Counted from the first letter of the stretch, positions 40,597 to 51,559 are shown. The stretch: 64,000 nt of DNA from a bacterium (GCA_965209155.1 OZ242383.1:2368001-2432000); one strand, 5' to 3'. Notes: a model not told the origin generated them from the letters alone. Numbers and translations: made by a program.

Positions 40597-40924
40597 TAAA
40601 AATGATAATTTCGTTCCCTGCCCCGACCGATTACCGGGTCCTCAAGAAATTGCCAGGGAAAAACGAAAAGCTCAATTATTACGCAAATCCCAATGGTGGA
40701 AGAACAAGCGCGGACATAATCAATGTTACTATTGTCAAAAAAAATTTCCTGCCAAAGAACTGACCATGGACCACCGGGTCCCCTTGACAAGAGGTGGGAA
40801 AAGCATTAAATCCAATCTCGTGCCCTGTTGCAAGGAATGCAACAACAATAAAAAATACTTGCTTCCTTTCGAGTGGAAATCAGGCTTAGCGCCACCAAAA
40901 TGGAGCAAATTCACTTTCACCTAG
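40586..40924 (+). CDS. HNH endonuclease family protein
   Basis: CYYC...TMDHRVPLTRGG...NLVPCCKECNNNK. Confidence 0.88.
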   Translation: MKINKNDNFVPCPDRLPGPQEIAREKRKAQLLRKSQWWKNKRGHNQCYYCQKKFPAKELTMDHRVPLTRGGKSIKSNLVPCCKECNNNKKYLLPFEWKSGLAPPKWSKFTFT

Positions 40925-40972
40925 AATCACTCCGGAAGGATGACAGGAAAACTGTCCGGGACCTGATCAATC

Positions 40973-42043
40973 TCAGTTCAACCTTTGAACAGTGGTGGGC
41001 AACGGATATTGCTTGATCTCCCCTTTTTCTCCTGCTTCGATTGCCAGGGAAGTTTTCTGCAAAACCCGTTTGTATTTGAGATAGCCGATGCCATGTCGAT
41101 TCGTTCCTCGAACGATTCGGCTCAAGCTGGTAATTTTTCCGATATTTTCCTGATCATGAAACAGTGATTGGCCTTTCTCCATCTGCAATCCGTGGGGGAC
41201 GATGAGACCGACGGATTGCCAGTTGGGATATCCACGGTGATACATGCGCGCGTGCGTTTCCTGTCCGATGTAGCACCCTTTTTGATAGGAGATATGATCC
41301 ATCAGGGCAGCTTCCTGGGGAAAATTTTCCTGTGTATAATCCACACCGAAGCGTGGAATTCCAGCATCAATCCGGATATGGTCAAAGGCATCAAAACCAG
41401 TGAGTTGAAGACCATGAGAACCATTCGACAACTCAGTCAGAAAGTCAACAAAAACGTATCGAGGGACAATGTTGATGAAATGCGGCATTTCCCCCAACAT
41501 GGAATGACATGATCGCATTCGTTGTTCCTGAAACCGCCATTCCATTTCACCACCATAACCCAAATCGGATAGAGCTTCTCCGGAACCGGGTCCAAGCAGG
41601 TCACAACGAAGGTAATCGGGAAGTAGTAGTTTCAATTCCAGTTCTTCTTGAATATGAAAGTGATCCAAATAACCACCCACGTAAGGTCCTTCGCCAGGGT
41701 TTGTAAACAAAATAAATTCATCTTCCGATACACGAAGTATTTTAACCTCGTACAAAATTCTGCCCTTGTGATTCGATAAAAGATTGGGTTGAATTTGTCC
41801 GATTTGAATTTGATTGACATCATTACTGACCATTCCCTGTAAGAACTGCGCGGCTTCAATGCCTTTGAGAGAAATCATGTGAAAGGACTTGAAGTCTAAA
41901 ATACCGGCAGCTGTTTGTATGGTCCTGATGTCTTGATCGACTCCGGAAGCATAACGCATGGGGAGCGTGGTTCCCTCAATTTCTACGAATTCGGCAGCAA
42001 ATTTTTCGTGGAAAGCGTCAATTTCAGAAAAATTCTTCATCAC
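40973..42043 (-). CDS. YgfZ/GcvT-like folate-binding protein
   Basis: FLQGMVSND and the YgfZ signature KGCYIGQE. Confidence 0.85.
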   Translation of the reverse strand: MMKNFSEIDAFHEKFAAEFVEIEGTTLPMRYASGVDQDIRTIQTAAGILDFKSFHMISLKGIEAAQFLQGMVSNDVNQIQIGQIQPNLLSNHKGRILYEVKILRVSEDEFILFTNPGEGPYVGGYLDHFHIQEELELKLLLPDYLRCDLLGPGSGEALSDLGYGGEMEWRFQEQRMRSCHSMLGEMPHFINIVPRYVFVDFLTELSNGSHGLQLTGFDAFDHIRIDAGIPRFGVDYTQENFPQEAALMDHISYQKGCYIGQETHARMYHRGYPNWQSVGLIVPHGLQMEKGQSLFHDQENIGKITSLSRIVRGTNRHGIGYLKYKRVLQKTSLAIEAGEKGEIKQYPLPTTVQRLN

Positions 42044-42167
42044 CTGGAGAATAAATTTCCGTGTATCTTTTTAGTAGCAGCAATTGCCGCGCTCTCAAAT
42101 GTCGAATGAGAAGGGTTTTAGCAACTTTTCCTGCTGACTGGGACGGCAAATCTTTTGAAGATTATAA

Positions 42168-42297
42168 CGTGAATCAGGAGTTAAAAAACGTGTCATTCCT
42201 GGCTTGACCAGGAATCCAGGATGATCCGGGACCGGCATGACACATAATAATTTTTAAATTATTGATTTTATAAATTAAATTTCACTCCTCATTCGCA
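42168..42297. mobile_element. MITE-like palindromic element, family A (copy 2, internally shortened)
   Basis: Same ends and core as copy 1; imperfect flanking duplication AGATTATAA / CGAATATAA. Confidence 0.78.
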
Positions 42298-42429
42298 CGA
42301 ATATAATCACATTATCCTAACGAATAATCAATATAAATCAACAACTCAAAACCAGACGTCGGTGCTTTTTCGAATCGTTTTTCACTCGGTAGATTTACCG
42401 AAGGAATGCTTCTTTCCGCCAATTGCCTT

Positions 42430-43284
42430 TTACAAATGATTTTTACAGGGAAACACATTTAATTTTTTCAAAAATCCGACACGATCCCTGGCCATCATGG
42501 CTGCATTGCCGATCAATATGGCGTCAAAAGGTAAAGAAACTATCCGCGCAACATGTTCAGGAGTACTGATACAACTGGCACTGATGAGAGTTTTACCTGG
42601 CTGGGCTTTCCATTCCCTCAGGGCTTTCCATTTTTTCCACCAATTGACGCTTACTTCTACACTCCCTTGATTGTAGGTCTGAACGGGATTTGCAGGAATT
42701 GAAGCAATCGCACGGTTGTTGATCAAAAGAATATCCGGGTTAACATCGAGAGCGCGTGGAATCTCTTCTTCCAAGGAACATTCCACAACGGCTTGCAGGC
42801 CAATTTCTCTGGAATGCTCCAGGATGGATTTCAGTTCCGTTTCCTGGAAATAATAAACCAGGATGAGTGCGGCACTCGCACCTCGTATTCTGCCTTGCAG
42901 TAGTTGGTAAGGGTGAATAATGAATTCTTTATGCAGGAGTGGTAGTGTTGTCCTTTGACTGGCTATTTCCAAAGTCTCCAAGGAGCCTCCAAAATGATTT
43001 TTGTCGGTTAAAACAGAAACAGCTTTTGCCCCCCCCGCTTCGTAGTCTTTTACTAAGTGTTCAGGATCCAGCATTTTTACATTTTCCCGGTTTGGTGCTT
43101 TCGCTTTAACCTCTGCAATGATGGAAAGCGGTTGCCGAAGCGACCTTTGAATTGCTCCTGCAAAAGAAGAGGGAGGATTGAGAGTTTCAACTTGTTCCCA
43201 CAAGGCATGTTCCGGAACCAGGTGCCGGGATGCGGAAATTTCCTTAAGTTTCTCTTGGCGTACTTTATCCAGGAAGGTTTTCAA
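42430..43284 (-). CDS. trpC: indole-3-glycerol-phosphate synthase (divergent)
   Basis: IIAEVK, GAKAVSVLTD.HFGGS, KEFIIHPYQ and INNR; TTG start. Confidence 0.8.
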   Translation of the reverse strand: MKTFLDKVRQEKLKEISASRHLVPEHALWEQVETLNPPSSFAGAIQRSLRQPLSIIAEVKAKAPNRENVKMLDPEHLVKDYEAGGAKAVSVLTDKNHFGGSLETLEIASQRTTLPLLHKEFIIHPYQLLQGRIRGASAALILVYYFQETELKSILEHSREIGLQAVVECSLEEEIPRALDVNPDILLINNRAIASIPANPVQTYNQGSVEVSVNWWKKWKALREWKAQPGKTLISASCISTPEHVARIVSLPFDAILIGNAAMMARDRVGFLKKLNVFPCKNHL

Positions 43285-43442
43285 AATATTCTCCAGGATT
43301 GGTTAACAAACATCAATACGTTCCCATTTCTTCAAATTATTCCTCATTATGAATGAAACAACATCATTTAAAAATTTTTTCTTTTTTCCATTTATTTTTT
43401 CAATCATAGAGCAAAGTGAATAAAATTAGAATCTTACAAGAA

Positions 43443-44231
43443 TTATTTAGTTTTATCGCGGCGTGCGACCAGCAATGACACAAAAATGCTGATCTCAAAA
43501 AGCAGAATCAGTGGCCCTGCCATTAAACATTGAGTGAAAATATCGGGCGGCGTTAAAATGGCTGCCACAACGAAGATAGCAATAATCGCATATTTGCGAT
43601 TTTTACGAAGCCATGCCGCATCGATGACACCCAAACGCGTGAGAAATAAAACAATGATGGGTAACTCGAAAATCAATCCGAATACGAAGAGAATACGAAT
43701 GGTCAATGATAGATAGGCTCCCATTCTCAGAGAAGGTTCGGTGAAGTTATTCTGGAAACTGAGAAAAAAATCATATCCAAGTGGAAGCACAATAAAATAG
43801 CCAAACAAACCTCCTCCAACAAAAAGGGGATATGATAAAAACAAAAAGGGCCAAAATAACTTTCTCTCCTTTGGATAGAGAGCGGGTCTGGCAAAAAGCC
43901 AGGCTTGGCCGAGTGTAACAGGTAGTGTAAAAAATAAACTGGTATACAATCCAACTCGCAAATAAGTAAAAAAGGGTTCGGTCAATTCATCAAAAACCAA
44001 GGGGATATTGCGAACGTCCAGGGGTTTACGAAAAAGTGTCAAAATGGGTTGTTCCAGTTCAATTTCAACCATCGATGCAATGACGAAACCTATAAATATA
44101 AAGGCTCCGGAAATCACAATGCGCTTCCTCAATTCGGACAAGTGTTCCGTCAAGGGCATGGGTGGATCGTGAGGATTTTCTTCTGAAGCATTCGAGTTGT
44201 TCTTATTGGACATTGCCATATTTATAATCAA
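43443..44231 (-). CDS. tatC: twin-arginine translocase subunit TatC
   Basis: HLSELRKR, FELP and AAILTPPD. Confidence 0.95.
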   Translation of the reverse strand: MIINMAMSNKNNSNASEENPHDPPMPLTEHLSELRKRIVISGAFIFIGFVIASMVEIELEQPILTLFRKPLDVRNIPLVFDELTEPFFTYLRVGLYTSLFFTLPVTLGQAWLFARPALYPKERKLFWPFLFLSYPLFVGGGLFGYFIVLPLGYDFFLSFQNNFTEPSLRMGAYLSLTIRILFVFGLIFELPIIVLFLTRLGVIDAAWLRKNRKYAIIAIFVVAAILTPPDIFTQCLMAGPLILLFEISIFVSLLVARRDKTK

Positions 44232-44371
44232 TAATGAGTTTGGCAGTGGAAGAGTTTTAAATCATCCTTTGCGGTGTCGGGTAGTACTGCTTTCCGGACG
44301 GATTAGAATGAGAGTACCCGAATTGTGAGGATCGAATATGAAAATCTTCTCCGGTGGCACGCTGCTGTTTC

Positions 44372-46378
44372 CTAAAATATCAAACGAGAGTGGTGCCGGG
44401 AATATAGCTCTCCCTTTTCTTTGTGGGAAGTCACGAAGGAGACCAATTCCTGCGGAAATTCCTCGATAAATCGAGAACGATCCGCAAAATCGCTTCCACT
44501 GAATGTGCTGCTGACTATCGGAGCTGTGAGTGTCAAAAAGCGACGAGCACGGGTAATTGCCACATAAAAAAGACGCCTTTCCTCTTCTAAGAGCGATTCG
44601 GGTTCCAGGGATCGTTGATGGGGGAATTGTCCTTCTGTGAGACCAATCACGAAAACGGCATCCCATTCCAGGCCTTTTGCTTGGTGAATAGTACTGAGCG
44701 TCAAACATTCGTCTTCCTGAAATTGGTCTGCTTCATAATCTTTGATGACTGTAGGACCTACCAAAGAAAGCTCATTAAGGAGACGTTCCAAGGACTTGTA
44801 CTTACCGGCAAATTCTTCGAGATACCGGATATCGACTTCACGCTGAATTGCATTTTCATAGTTGACCATCAAATAATCCTCATAGATCACCTGATAGACT
44901 GTATTGATCATTTGCGCAGGAGTTGTCCCTTCTTCCAGAATCTTTTTGAAGCAAGAGAGAATCTGGTTCCAGTGTGTGCGTGCTTTTTGGGGAATTTTAC
45001 TTTGTAATTCCTTATTTTCTGATGTGAGATGAACCGCTTTTTGATCAAGAAAGATTTGGAAAATTTTTTGTGCCGTCGTATTTCCGATTCCAGGAACCAT
45101 TTTCAGAACCCGCATCCATGCAATTTCATCCAGGGGATTGAAAACTATTTTAAGAAACGAAAGGATGTCCTTCATATGGGCTTGTTCAAAAAACTGTACG
45201 CCGGAGCGGATAATAAAGGGAATACCCCTTTGGGTCAACGCCAACTGCAAGGTTGCTGATTGTACATGATTCCGATATAAGACGCTGATTTCATTCAAGC
45301 TGATGTCTTGGTCTTTCAGTTTAAAGATTTGTTCTACAACCACTTCCGCTTCTCGCTCCGTGTCATAAATCGCATACAACGCAGGTTTGACCAAACGGGG
45401 CAAGATGGTATAGAGGTCTTTACGAAATTGCGATTTATTCAAGTTGATACTGCAATTTGCCAATGCTAAAATTTCCGGCGTACTCCGGTAGTTTTGCTCA
45501 AGACGATAAACAGTGGCCTGATATTTATCAGGGAATTCGAGAATATTCTTGAAATTGGCGCCTCTCCAACTGTAAATCGACTGAGCATCGTCACCTACGA
45601 CCATCAAATTTCCGTGCGTTTGAGCCAAGTGTTTCAAAATGCCGGCTTGGACTATATTTGTATCTTGGTACTCATCAACGAGAATAAACTGGATTTGCTG
45701 AACCAAAGGCATTTTGTTGAAGTTTTTCAATAAGAGATCCAACCAATTTTCAAGCAAATCATCAAAATCCATCGCATTGTTCCGTCTTTTTTTTCGACGA
45801 TAATTGCGATGAACCTTCAATATTTCAGAAATGAGTGGATAAAATCGAGGATATTGAGATTCGAGCAATTCTTCCAGACCAAAATCTCGGGTGGAATAGG
45901 GTTTGCGTTGCAAGGAAATTTCATCACAATTCTGATTAAAAGCCAGAGAAAAGATATCTTGCAACAATGCCGTCTTTGGAAAGTTCTTTCCAGGGGATCC
46001 CAGCGCGTCTGCCACGGCTGCTTTAAGCAGATCGCGGGAATCTGAATTGTCTAAGATTGAATAATTATTTTTATATTCTAAAAGCGGAGCATGGCGACGG
46101 AGAAAACGATTGGCCAGACTATGAAAGGTACCATGGATCAGAGTATTTTTAATTTTTGTCTGATCAATGGATTTGGCCACTCGCTGGACCATTTCCTGCG
46201 CTGCTTTATTGGTAAATGTGACCAGCATGATACTTGACGGATTTACCCCCGATCGCACCAACTTGGTCACACGATGGACAATCACTCGGGTTTTACCACT
46301 TCCGGCACCTGCAATCACTAAGACAGGGCCGTTGCGGTGATTGACGATTTGCTGCTGAGCAGTATTCAATACCTCCAT
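44372..46378 (-). CDS. UvrD/PcrA/Rep-family ATP-dependent DNA helicase
   Basis: AGAGSGKT, VDEYQD, GDDAQSIY, QNYRS, HQAKGLE and EERRLFYVAITRA. Confidence 0.93.
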   Translation of the reverse strand: MEVLNTAQQQIVNHRNGPVLVIAGAGSGKTRVIVHRVTKLVRSGVNPSSIMLVTFTNKAAQEMVQRVAKSIDQTKIKNTLIHGTFHSLANRFLRRHAPLLEYKNNYSILDNSDSRDLLKAAVADALGSPGKNFPKTALLQDIFSLAFNQNCDEISLQRKPYSTRDFGLEELLESQYPRFYPLISEILKVHRNYRRKKRRNNAMDFDDLLENWLDLLLKNFNKMPLVQQIQFILVDEYQDTNIVQAGILKHLAQTHGNLMVVGDDAQSIYSWRGANFKNILEFPDKYQATVYRLEQNYRSTPEILALANCSINLNKSQFRKDLYTILPRLVKPALYAIYDTEREAEVVVEQIFKLKDQDISLNEISVLYRNHVQSATLQLALTQRGIPFIIRSGVQFFEQAHMKDILSFLKIVFNPLDEIAWMRVLKMVPGIGNTTAQKIFQIFLDQKAVHLTSENKELQSKIPQKARTHWNQILSCFKKILEEGTTPAQMINTVYQVIYEDYLMVNYENAIQREVDIRYLEEFAGKYKSLERLLNELSLVGPTVIKDYEADQFQEDECLTLSTIHQAKGLEWDAVFVIGLTEGQFPHQRSLEPESLLEEERRLFYVAITRARRFLTLTAPIVSSTFSGSDFADRSRFIEEFPQELVSFVTSHKEKGELYSRHHSRLIF

Positions 46379-46490
46379 GGCATGAAAAGCAGTGGGTGGT
46401 TGACAGAAAAAAATATATACTTCCCCGTTTTTATATAGGAATCCTTGTTAGATGAAAAGGACTTTCCCCTCTTAAAAAAAGAAAACCACG

Positions 46491-47831
46491 ATGAACTTGA
46501 ATTCCCTGGCAAACAGCATCAATTCATTCCTCAGCCAGTTTTTCAATAGCCAATTTCCGGCAGACACTATCCCTTATCTCCTTGCCGGGTTTGCCCTGAT
46601 TGTGATTCTTGGAATTTCCCTGCTGATCTACATATATCGGACCAGGTCGGCCCGTAATTCAGGAGAGCGAAAACTTTCAGAAAAAGTAACAGAAAAAAAA
46701 CTGCTTCAATTTGAAAAAATACAACTCAAACAACAAAGGGTAGCAGAAAAAAAGAGAGAGCAAATTGAAAAACAAAAACAATTGAAGAAGCTGAGTCGCG
46801 TTCAGGACAAAACGCGACACATTCAAGAGGAATTAGAGAAAATAGAAAAAGAGCGCCCCCCCCGAATTCTGCAAAAAGAATGGCCTTCCCCTCCCCAAAG
46901 GACCGTAGTTCCGGAAACAGGCGCCTTTCTGGAACGCTTGAGAAAAGGAATGGAAAAAACCCGTCACAACCTCATACAGGGGATTGGCAACGTTGCATTG
47001 GGAAAAAAAGAAATTGATGGGGAACTCCTGGAAGAGCTCGAAGAATTGTTGATTGCCGCCGATATTGGTCCGGAGACGACTTATCGTATCCTCGATGCTA
47101 TTACTGAAAAAGTGAAACGGGAACAATTGAAAGACCCTCGATTTTTAAGGGAAATGCTTCAAAGTGAAATTGTCTCAATCATGGAAAAAAAATATGAGGC
47201 AGCGGCAACTGAAGATAAAAATCCGTTGGTGCTTTTATTTGTTGGAGTCAACGGTGTCGGGAAAACCACCACGATTGGAAAAGTGGCGGCACAATATCAA
47301 AATGAGGGAAAAAAAGTCCTTATGGGCGCCGGAGATACTTTTCGAGCGGCAGCAATTGAACAACTGACCGAATGGAGTAAGCGTGCTGGTTGTGACATTG
47401 TCGCTAAATCAGAACAAAGCGATCCTGCTTCGGTATTGTATGAAGCACTCCAAAAAGCCCTCGAAGATCACTACGATGTAGTGATTTGCGATACTGCGGG
47501 TCGATTACACACAAAAAAGAACCTCATGGAAGAATTGAAAAAAATGATGCGTGTCATGAAAAAGCTCATTCCGGATGCACCCCATGAAATCTTTCTGGTT
47601 CTGGATGCCACTACTGGTCAAAATGCGATTTTCCAAGTTCGTGAGTTTCGTGAGATCGCTGAATTGACAGGGTTGGTGATCACTAAATTGGATGGAACCG
47701 CCAAAGGAGGCGTGGTGATAGGAATCGTTAACGAATTCGATATTCCCGTACGTTTTATAGGGATCGGGGAAAGTATCAATGACCTGCGACCCTTCAATGC
47801 GACCGACTTCACGCAATCCCTCTTCACCTGA
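46491..47831 (+). CDS. ftsY: signal recognition particle receptor FtsY
   Basis: GVNGVGKTTT, DTFRAAA, DTAGR and TKLDGTAKGG; N-terminal TM segment. Confidence 0.95.
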   Translation: MNLNSLANSINSFLSQFFNSQFPADTIPYLLAGFALIVILGISLLIYIYRTRSARNSGERKLSEKVTEKKLLQFEKIQLKQQRVAEKKREQIEKQKQLKKLSRVQDKTRHIQEELEKIEKERPPRILQKEWPSPPQRTVVPETGAFLERLRKGMEKTRHNLIQGIGNVALGKKEIDGELLEELEELLIAADIGPETTYRILDAITEKVKREQLKDPRFLREMLQSEIVSIMEKKYEAAATEDKNPLVLLFVGVNGVGKTTTIGKVAAQYQNEGKKVLMGAGDTFRAAAIEQLTEWSKRAGCDIVAKSEQSDPASVLYEALQKALEDHYDVVICDTAGRLHTKKNLMEELKKMMRVMKKLIPDAPHEIFLVLDATTGQNAIFQVREFREIAELTGLVITKLDGTAKGGVVIGIVNEFDIPVRFIGIGESINDLRPFNATDFTQSLFT

Positions 47832-47849
47832 AGAATGGAAAGAGACGCT

Positions 47850-48827
47850 TTATCGGTTTTTTTGCTCAGCCAAAGCTTGGATCAGCGCATCCAAATCGAA
47901 TGGAATCGGAGATGTGAAATGTTGATGTTCTCCCGTCACAGGATGGATAAAACCCAACTCACGCGCATGCAAAGCCAGCCGTCCGCATTGAAGGAGAATC
48001 GTCTGTAGTTTCGAGGATTGCAGCCGCGCATGCCGGATTGGGTTGCGTCCATACTGCAGGTCACCCCATATTGGCATATTTTGAGAACTGAGATGGACTC
48101 GGATTTGGTGAGTCCGCCCGGTTTTCAAACGGCATTCCAAATGAGCAAACGGTGGATAGCGGGCGATAACTTTCCAATGGGTAGTGGCAGGTTTGCCATT
48201 TATGACAATCGCCTTTTTTTTACGATTTTTTGGATGCCTGCCAATGGCGCTCTCGATCGTTCCCCTATCTTGCAAAGGATCTCCATAGATCAACGCCTCA
48301 TAGATGCGATGGATGGTGTGTTCTTGAAATTGACGTGAGAGATTTGTGTGTGCCACATCGGTTTTAGCAACGACCAGGACGCCTGTGGTATCTTTATCCA
48401 AACGGTGTACAATTCCAGGACGCAATTTTCCCCCAATTCCGGAAAGATCCGGACAATGATGCAACAGCAAGTTAACGAGCGTTCCGGAATCGTGGCCTGG
48501 AGCAGGATGTACCACCATTCCCGCTGCTTTGTTGATGACAATCAAGTTGGCATCTTCAAATAAAATATCCAACTCTCCGGATTCGGGTACGACGTCTAAA
48601 GGTTCGGGTTTCATCAGCGAAAATCGAATACAATCTCCCAAGCGTACTTTATAGGAAGGCGAAACGGGTTGTCCGTTGACTTCTGCCATTCCTTTCTTTA
48701 ACAGTCGTTGAGCCAGTGAGCGTGAATTCACTTCGCAATAGGAACTGAGCAAAACATCTATACGACGCCTGGCGTCGGCTTCGCTCACTTTGTAAGTAAT
48801 CAATTCTTCCATAGATATTGAATACAA
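47850..48827 (-). CDS. rluD: RluA/RluD-family 23S rRNA pseudouridine synthase
   Basis: S4-like N-terminus, GIVHRLDKDTTG and TGRTHQIRVH. Confidence 0.88.
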   Translation of the reverse strand: MYSISMEELITYKVSEADARRRIDVLLSSYCEVNSRSLAQRLLKKGMAEVNGQPVSPSYKVRLGDCIRFSLMKPEPLDVVPESGELDILFEDANLIVINKAAGMVVHPAPGHDSGTLVNLLLHHCPDLSGIGGKLRPGIVHRLDKDTTGVLVVAKTDVAHTNLSRQFQEHTIHRIYEALIYGDPLQDRGTIESAIGRHPKNRKKKAIVINGKPATTHWKVIARYPPFAHLECRLKTGRTHQIRVHLSSQNMPIWGDLQYGRNPIRHARLQSSKLQTILLQCGRLALHARELGFIHPVTGEHQHFTSPIPFDLDALIQALAEQKNR

Positions 48828-48829
48828 GA

Positions 48830-50311
48830 CTAATACTCGTACAACTCGAACTGCTCATGATGGAGTGAGTTGGATGTTTTGAAAATGACTTTGTGTCCTA
48901 AATCTTTTTCAATTTTTTGCAACGTGGGAATTTCCGCTTCCAGGTATTCGTGAACGTCTGGGTGGACGTGGACGACAAAGGAACCATTGCGATTTTTGGG
49001 TCGAGTGCGATAGAGTTCTCTGAAAATTTCAAAGCTCACGGTGGAGACGGATTTCAATCGTCCCTTTCCTTCACAATAAGGGCAGGGATCACAGAGGTAA
49101 CGCGCCAGGTTTTCACGGTCTCGTTTTCTCGTCATTTCCACCAGCCCCATTTCACTGATTTGCAAAATTTTGCTCCTCATCTTGTCATATTTTAGCTGTT
49201 CTTTGAGAGCGTTATAGACTTTCTGCCGGTGTTCCGGCAATTCCATGTCAATGAAATCGATTATAATGATACCTCCGATATTGCGTAATTGCAGTTGATA
49301 GACCAATTCTTCTACAGCTTCCAGGTTTGTTTTAAGAATGGTTTTTTCCCGACTTTCCTGACTTACGAAACGTCCTGTGTTCACATCAACGGCAGTCAAG
49401 GCTTCAGTTTGGTCAATCATCAAATACCCTCGGGATTTGAGCCAGACTTTTTGTCCCAACGCCCGTTCGATTTCGGCTTCAATACCATAATGGTCAAAAA
49501 TCGGCACCTCCTTGGTGAAATACTCCAATATTGAACGATAGCGTGGCAAGTAGTTGTCGAGAAATTTTTTAACATTTTTGTACTCACGCTTATTGTCGAT
49601 GATCACTCTGCGAATTTCCGGAGAGAGTATGTCTCGAATCGAACGAAACACGACATGCAAATCGCTGTGCAATAATGCAGGCGCTTCCCTTTCCTGAAAA
49701 CGGTTCAGGACGTCATCCCAGATGGATACCAAATAATTCAAATCCGATCGCAGATCGTCTTCCGTACGCCCTTCCGCAACGGTCCGAATGATAAAGCCCG
49801 ATTTTTCGGGACGAAGTCTATTGACAGTTTCTTTGAGACGCAATCGTTCCTCATGAGTGGTGATTTGACGAGAGACCCCCAGTGTTTTCACGGTTGGCAT
49901 ATAAACCAGATTGCGTCCGGGGATGGAAATATGGCTCGTGATCCGGGCTCCCTTCGTCCCGATAGGCCCCTTGGAAACTTGAACCAGAATGTCCTGCTTT
50001 TCTGAAAGCAAGTCGTCGATCTTCACTTTTTCGTTGCGACCGACGGGAGTCGTTTTTTCCTCTTCATCAAAAATAACATTCTCTGGCTGGACGTCATCGA
50101 TATATAAGAAAGCGGCTCTTTCGACTCCTATGTCTACAAATGCGGCGTCCATACTCGGCAAAACTTTTAATACTTTGCCCTTATAAATGTTTCCAACAAT
50201 TCCTTTCTCCTTGAGTCGTTCGAAATACAACTCCGAAACAAGACCATTGCTTTCCATAACCGCAACTCTTGCTTCATGAGGCGAGTAATTGATGATCATA
50301 TCTTTTGGCAT
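48830..50311 (-). CDS. rng: ribonuclease G (Rne/Rng family)
   Basis: GNIYKGKV, DVNTG and GGIIIIDFIDM; 493 aa, without the RNase E C-terminal tail. Confidence 0.9.
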   Translation of the reverse strand: MPKDMIINYSPHEARVAVMESNGLVSELYFERLKEKGIVGNIYKGKVLKVLPSMDAAFVDIGVERAAFLYIDDVQPENVIFDEEEKTTPVGRNEKVKIDDLLSEKQDILVQVSKGPIGTKGARITSHISIPGRNLVYMPTVKTLGVSRQITTHEERLRLKETVNRLRPEKSGFIIRTVAEGRTEDDLRSDLNYLVSIWDDVLNRFQEREAPALLHSDLHVVFRSIRDILSPEIRRVIIDNKREYKNVKKFLDNYLPRYRSILEYFTKEVPIFDHYGIEAEIERALGQKVWLKSRGYLMIDQTEALTAVDVNTGRFVSQESREKTILKTNLEAVEELVYQLQLRNIGGIIIIDFIDMELPEHRQKVYNALKEQLKYDKMRSKILQISEMGLVEMTRKRDRENLARYLCDPCPYCEGKGRLKSVSTVSFEIFRELYRTRPKNRNGSFVVHVHPDVHEYLEAEIPTLQKIEKDLGHKVIFKTSNSLHHEQFELYEY

Positions 50312-50358
50312 ATTAACACTCTATTATTGAAATAAGGGACTGTTGTTGAAAGTCCCGA

Positions 50359-51351
50359 TCATTGTGGATCTGGTGACAATTTCGTGGGTTTCACCCACAA
50401 AGAAATTTTTGGCCATTGTTGCAACAAAGAAATCCCTTCCGGAAGGATCGCTTCGGGTTGCACCCAATAGCTTCCTGGCTTGTATTGCACCAGGTCAATC
50501 GTTCCATAAATCTGGGAAGGCTCCAAGTTGTTCACCAGTTCTTCAGGTCCTTCCACAAACAGGTTGAATTCCGTCGGGTTGGTGACGGACACATAATTTT
50601 GATTCAGCAAAAGAATCTCCACGTTGTCAAAGCGCTTACGGACCGACAAACTGGAAACCATCACGTTGGCAATATACGAGTCGATTCCATCATCTGAAAT
50701 CTGTAAGTTGGGATCCGGCAAATCCAGGCTGACAATCATTTCAAGCGAACTATTTATATCCTGCAAATCTATTTCATTGGTAAAAACCGCATCTATGCTC
50801 TGCAAAACCGATTGGGGCCCTTTCACTTTGACAGTCCCGGGAAAAATTTGGATACCTCGCAAAATCTTACCGGACTGCAGTTGCCCCTGGTAACGGGCAC
50901 GAATTGTCAGTTGTTTTTCTATCATCTCTTCAATCATCAATTCAATTTGGGCAGGAATGATATGCGCTACGGAAATACTCTCCGAAATGGGAATGTTCTG
51001 CTCAGTCAGGGTGTATTGATAAAGACCGGACCGGGCATTGGTCAAATCAACGGTGGCCTGAAGAGCGGAGGGATTGAAGTTGTTGCGGTAACGGCGGAGA
51101 ATGCGCCCTGAAACACTGACTACGGAAGGAACGTCAGAGGTGATTTGCATATGGGCGGGTAGATTGATGAAAACCAGAGGTACAAAAAAACTGATTTCAA
51201 CAGACTCTCCTCCCTGTTTGGCTAAAAACCAAACAAACGAAGCCAACAAAAAGGAAAGAAGGGCAAATGGCAGAATTTTCTTTATCTTCAACACGATTGA
51301 CCACTTGAAATGGAGAGGGATGATCCCTGTCGAAAATGTCCCGGGAATCAA
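50359..51351 (-). CDS. cdaR: CdaR/YbbR-domain protein (start uncertain)
   Basis: N-terminal TM then YbbR-like repeats (ATVDL, VKVKGP, LFVEGP); downstream of cdaA. Confidence 0.75.
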   Translation of the reverse strand: MIPGTFSTGIIPLHFKWSIVLKIKKILPFALLSFLLASFVWFLAKQGGESVEISFFVPLVFINLPAHMQITSDVPSVVSVSGRILRRYRNNFNPSALQATVDLTNARSGLYQYTLTEQNIPISESISVAHIIPAQIELMIEEMIEKQLTIRARYQGQLQSGKILRGIQIFPGTVKVKGPQSVLQSIDAVFTNEIDLQDINSSLEMIVSLDLPDPNLQISDDGIDSYIANVMVSSLSVRKRFDNVEILLLNQNYVSVTNPTEFNLFVEGPEELVNNLEPSQIYGTIDLVQYKPGSYWVQPEAILPEGISLLQQWPKISLWVKPTKLSPDPQ

Positions 51352-51400
51352 ATTCGTATCGGATCAAACCGTCACCGTCGCCGATTTTTTATTTTTCTTA

Positions 51401-51559
51401 CGTGAATCAGGAGTTAAAAAACGTGTCATTCCTGGCTTGACCAGGAATCCAGGGGGATCCGGGCGATATTTTGGATGCCGGATCTTCCTGGTCCGGCATG
51501 ACACATCATAATTATTAAATTATTGATTTTATAAATTAAATTTCAACTCCTGATTCGCA
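51401..51559. mobile_element. MITE-like palindromic element, family A (copy 3), inserted in the 3' end of cdaA
   Basis: TIRs CGTGAATCAGGAGTT / AACTCCTGATTCGCA; flanking duplication TTTTTCTTA / TTCTTCTTA. Confidence 0.85.

Noticed and set aside
40586..40924. HNH as a Cas9/IscB or homing-element component
   Set aside because: Stand-alone ~112-aa HNH with no RuvC motifs, intron or repeat context.
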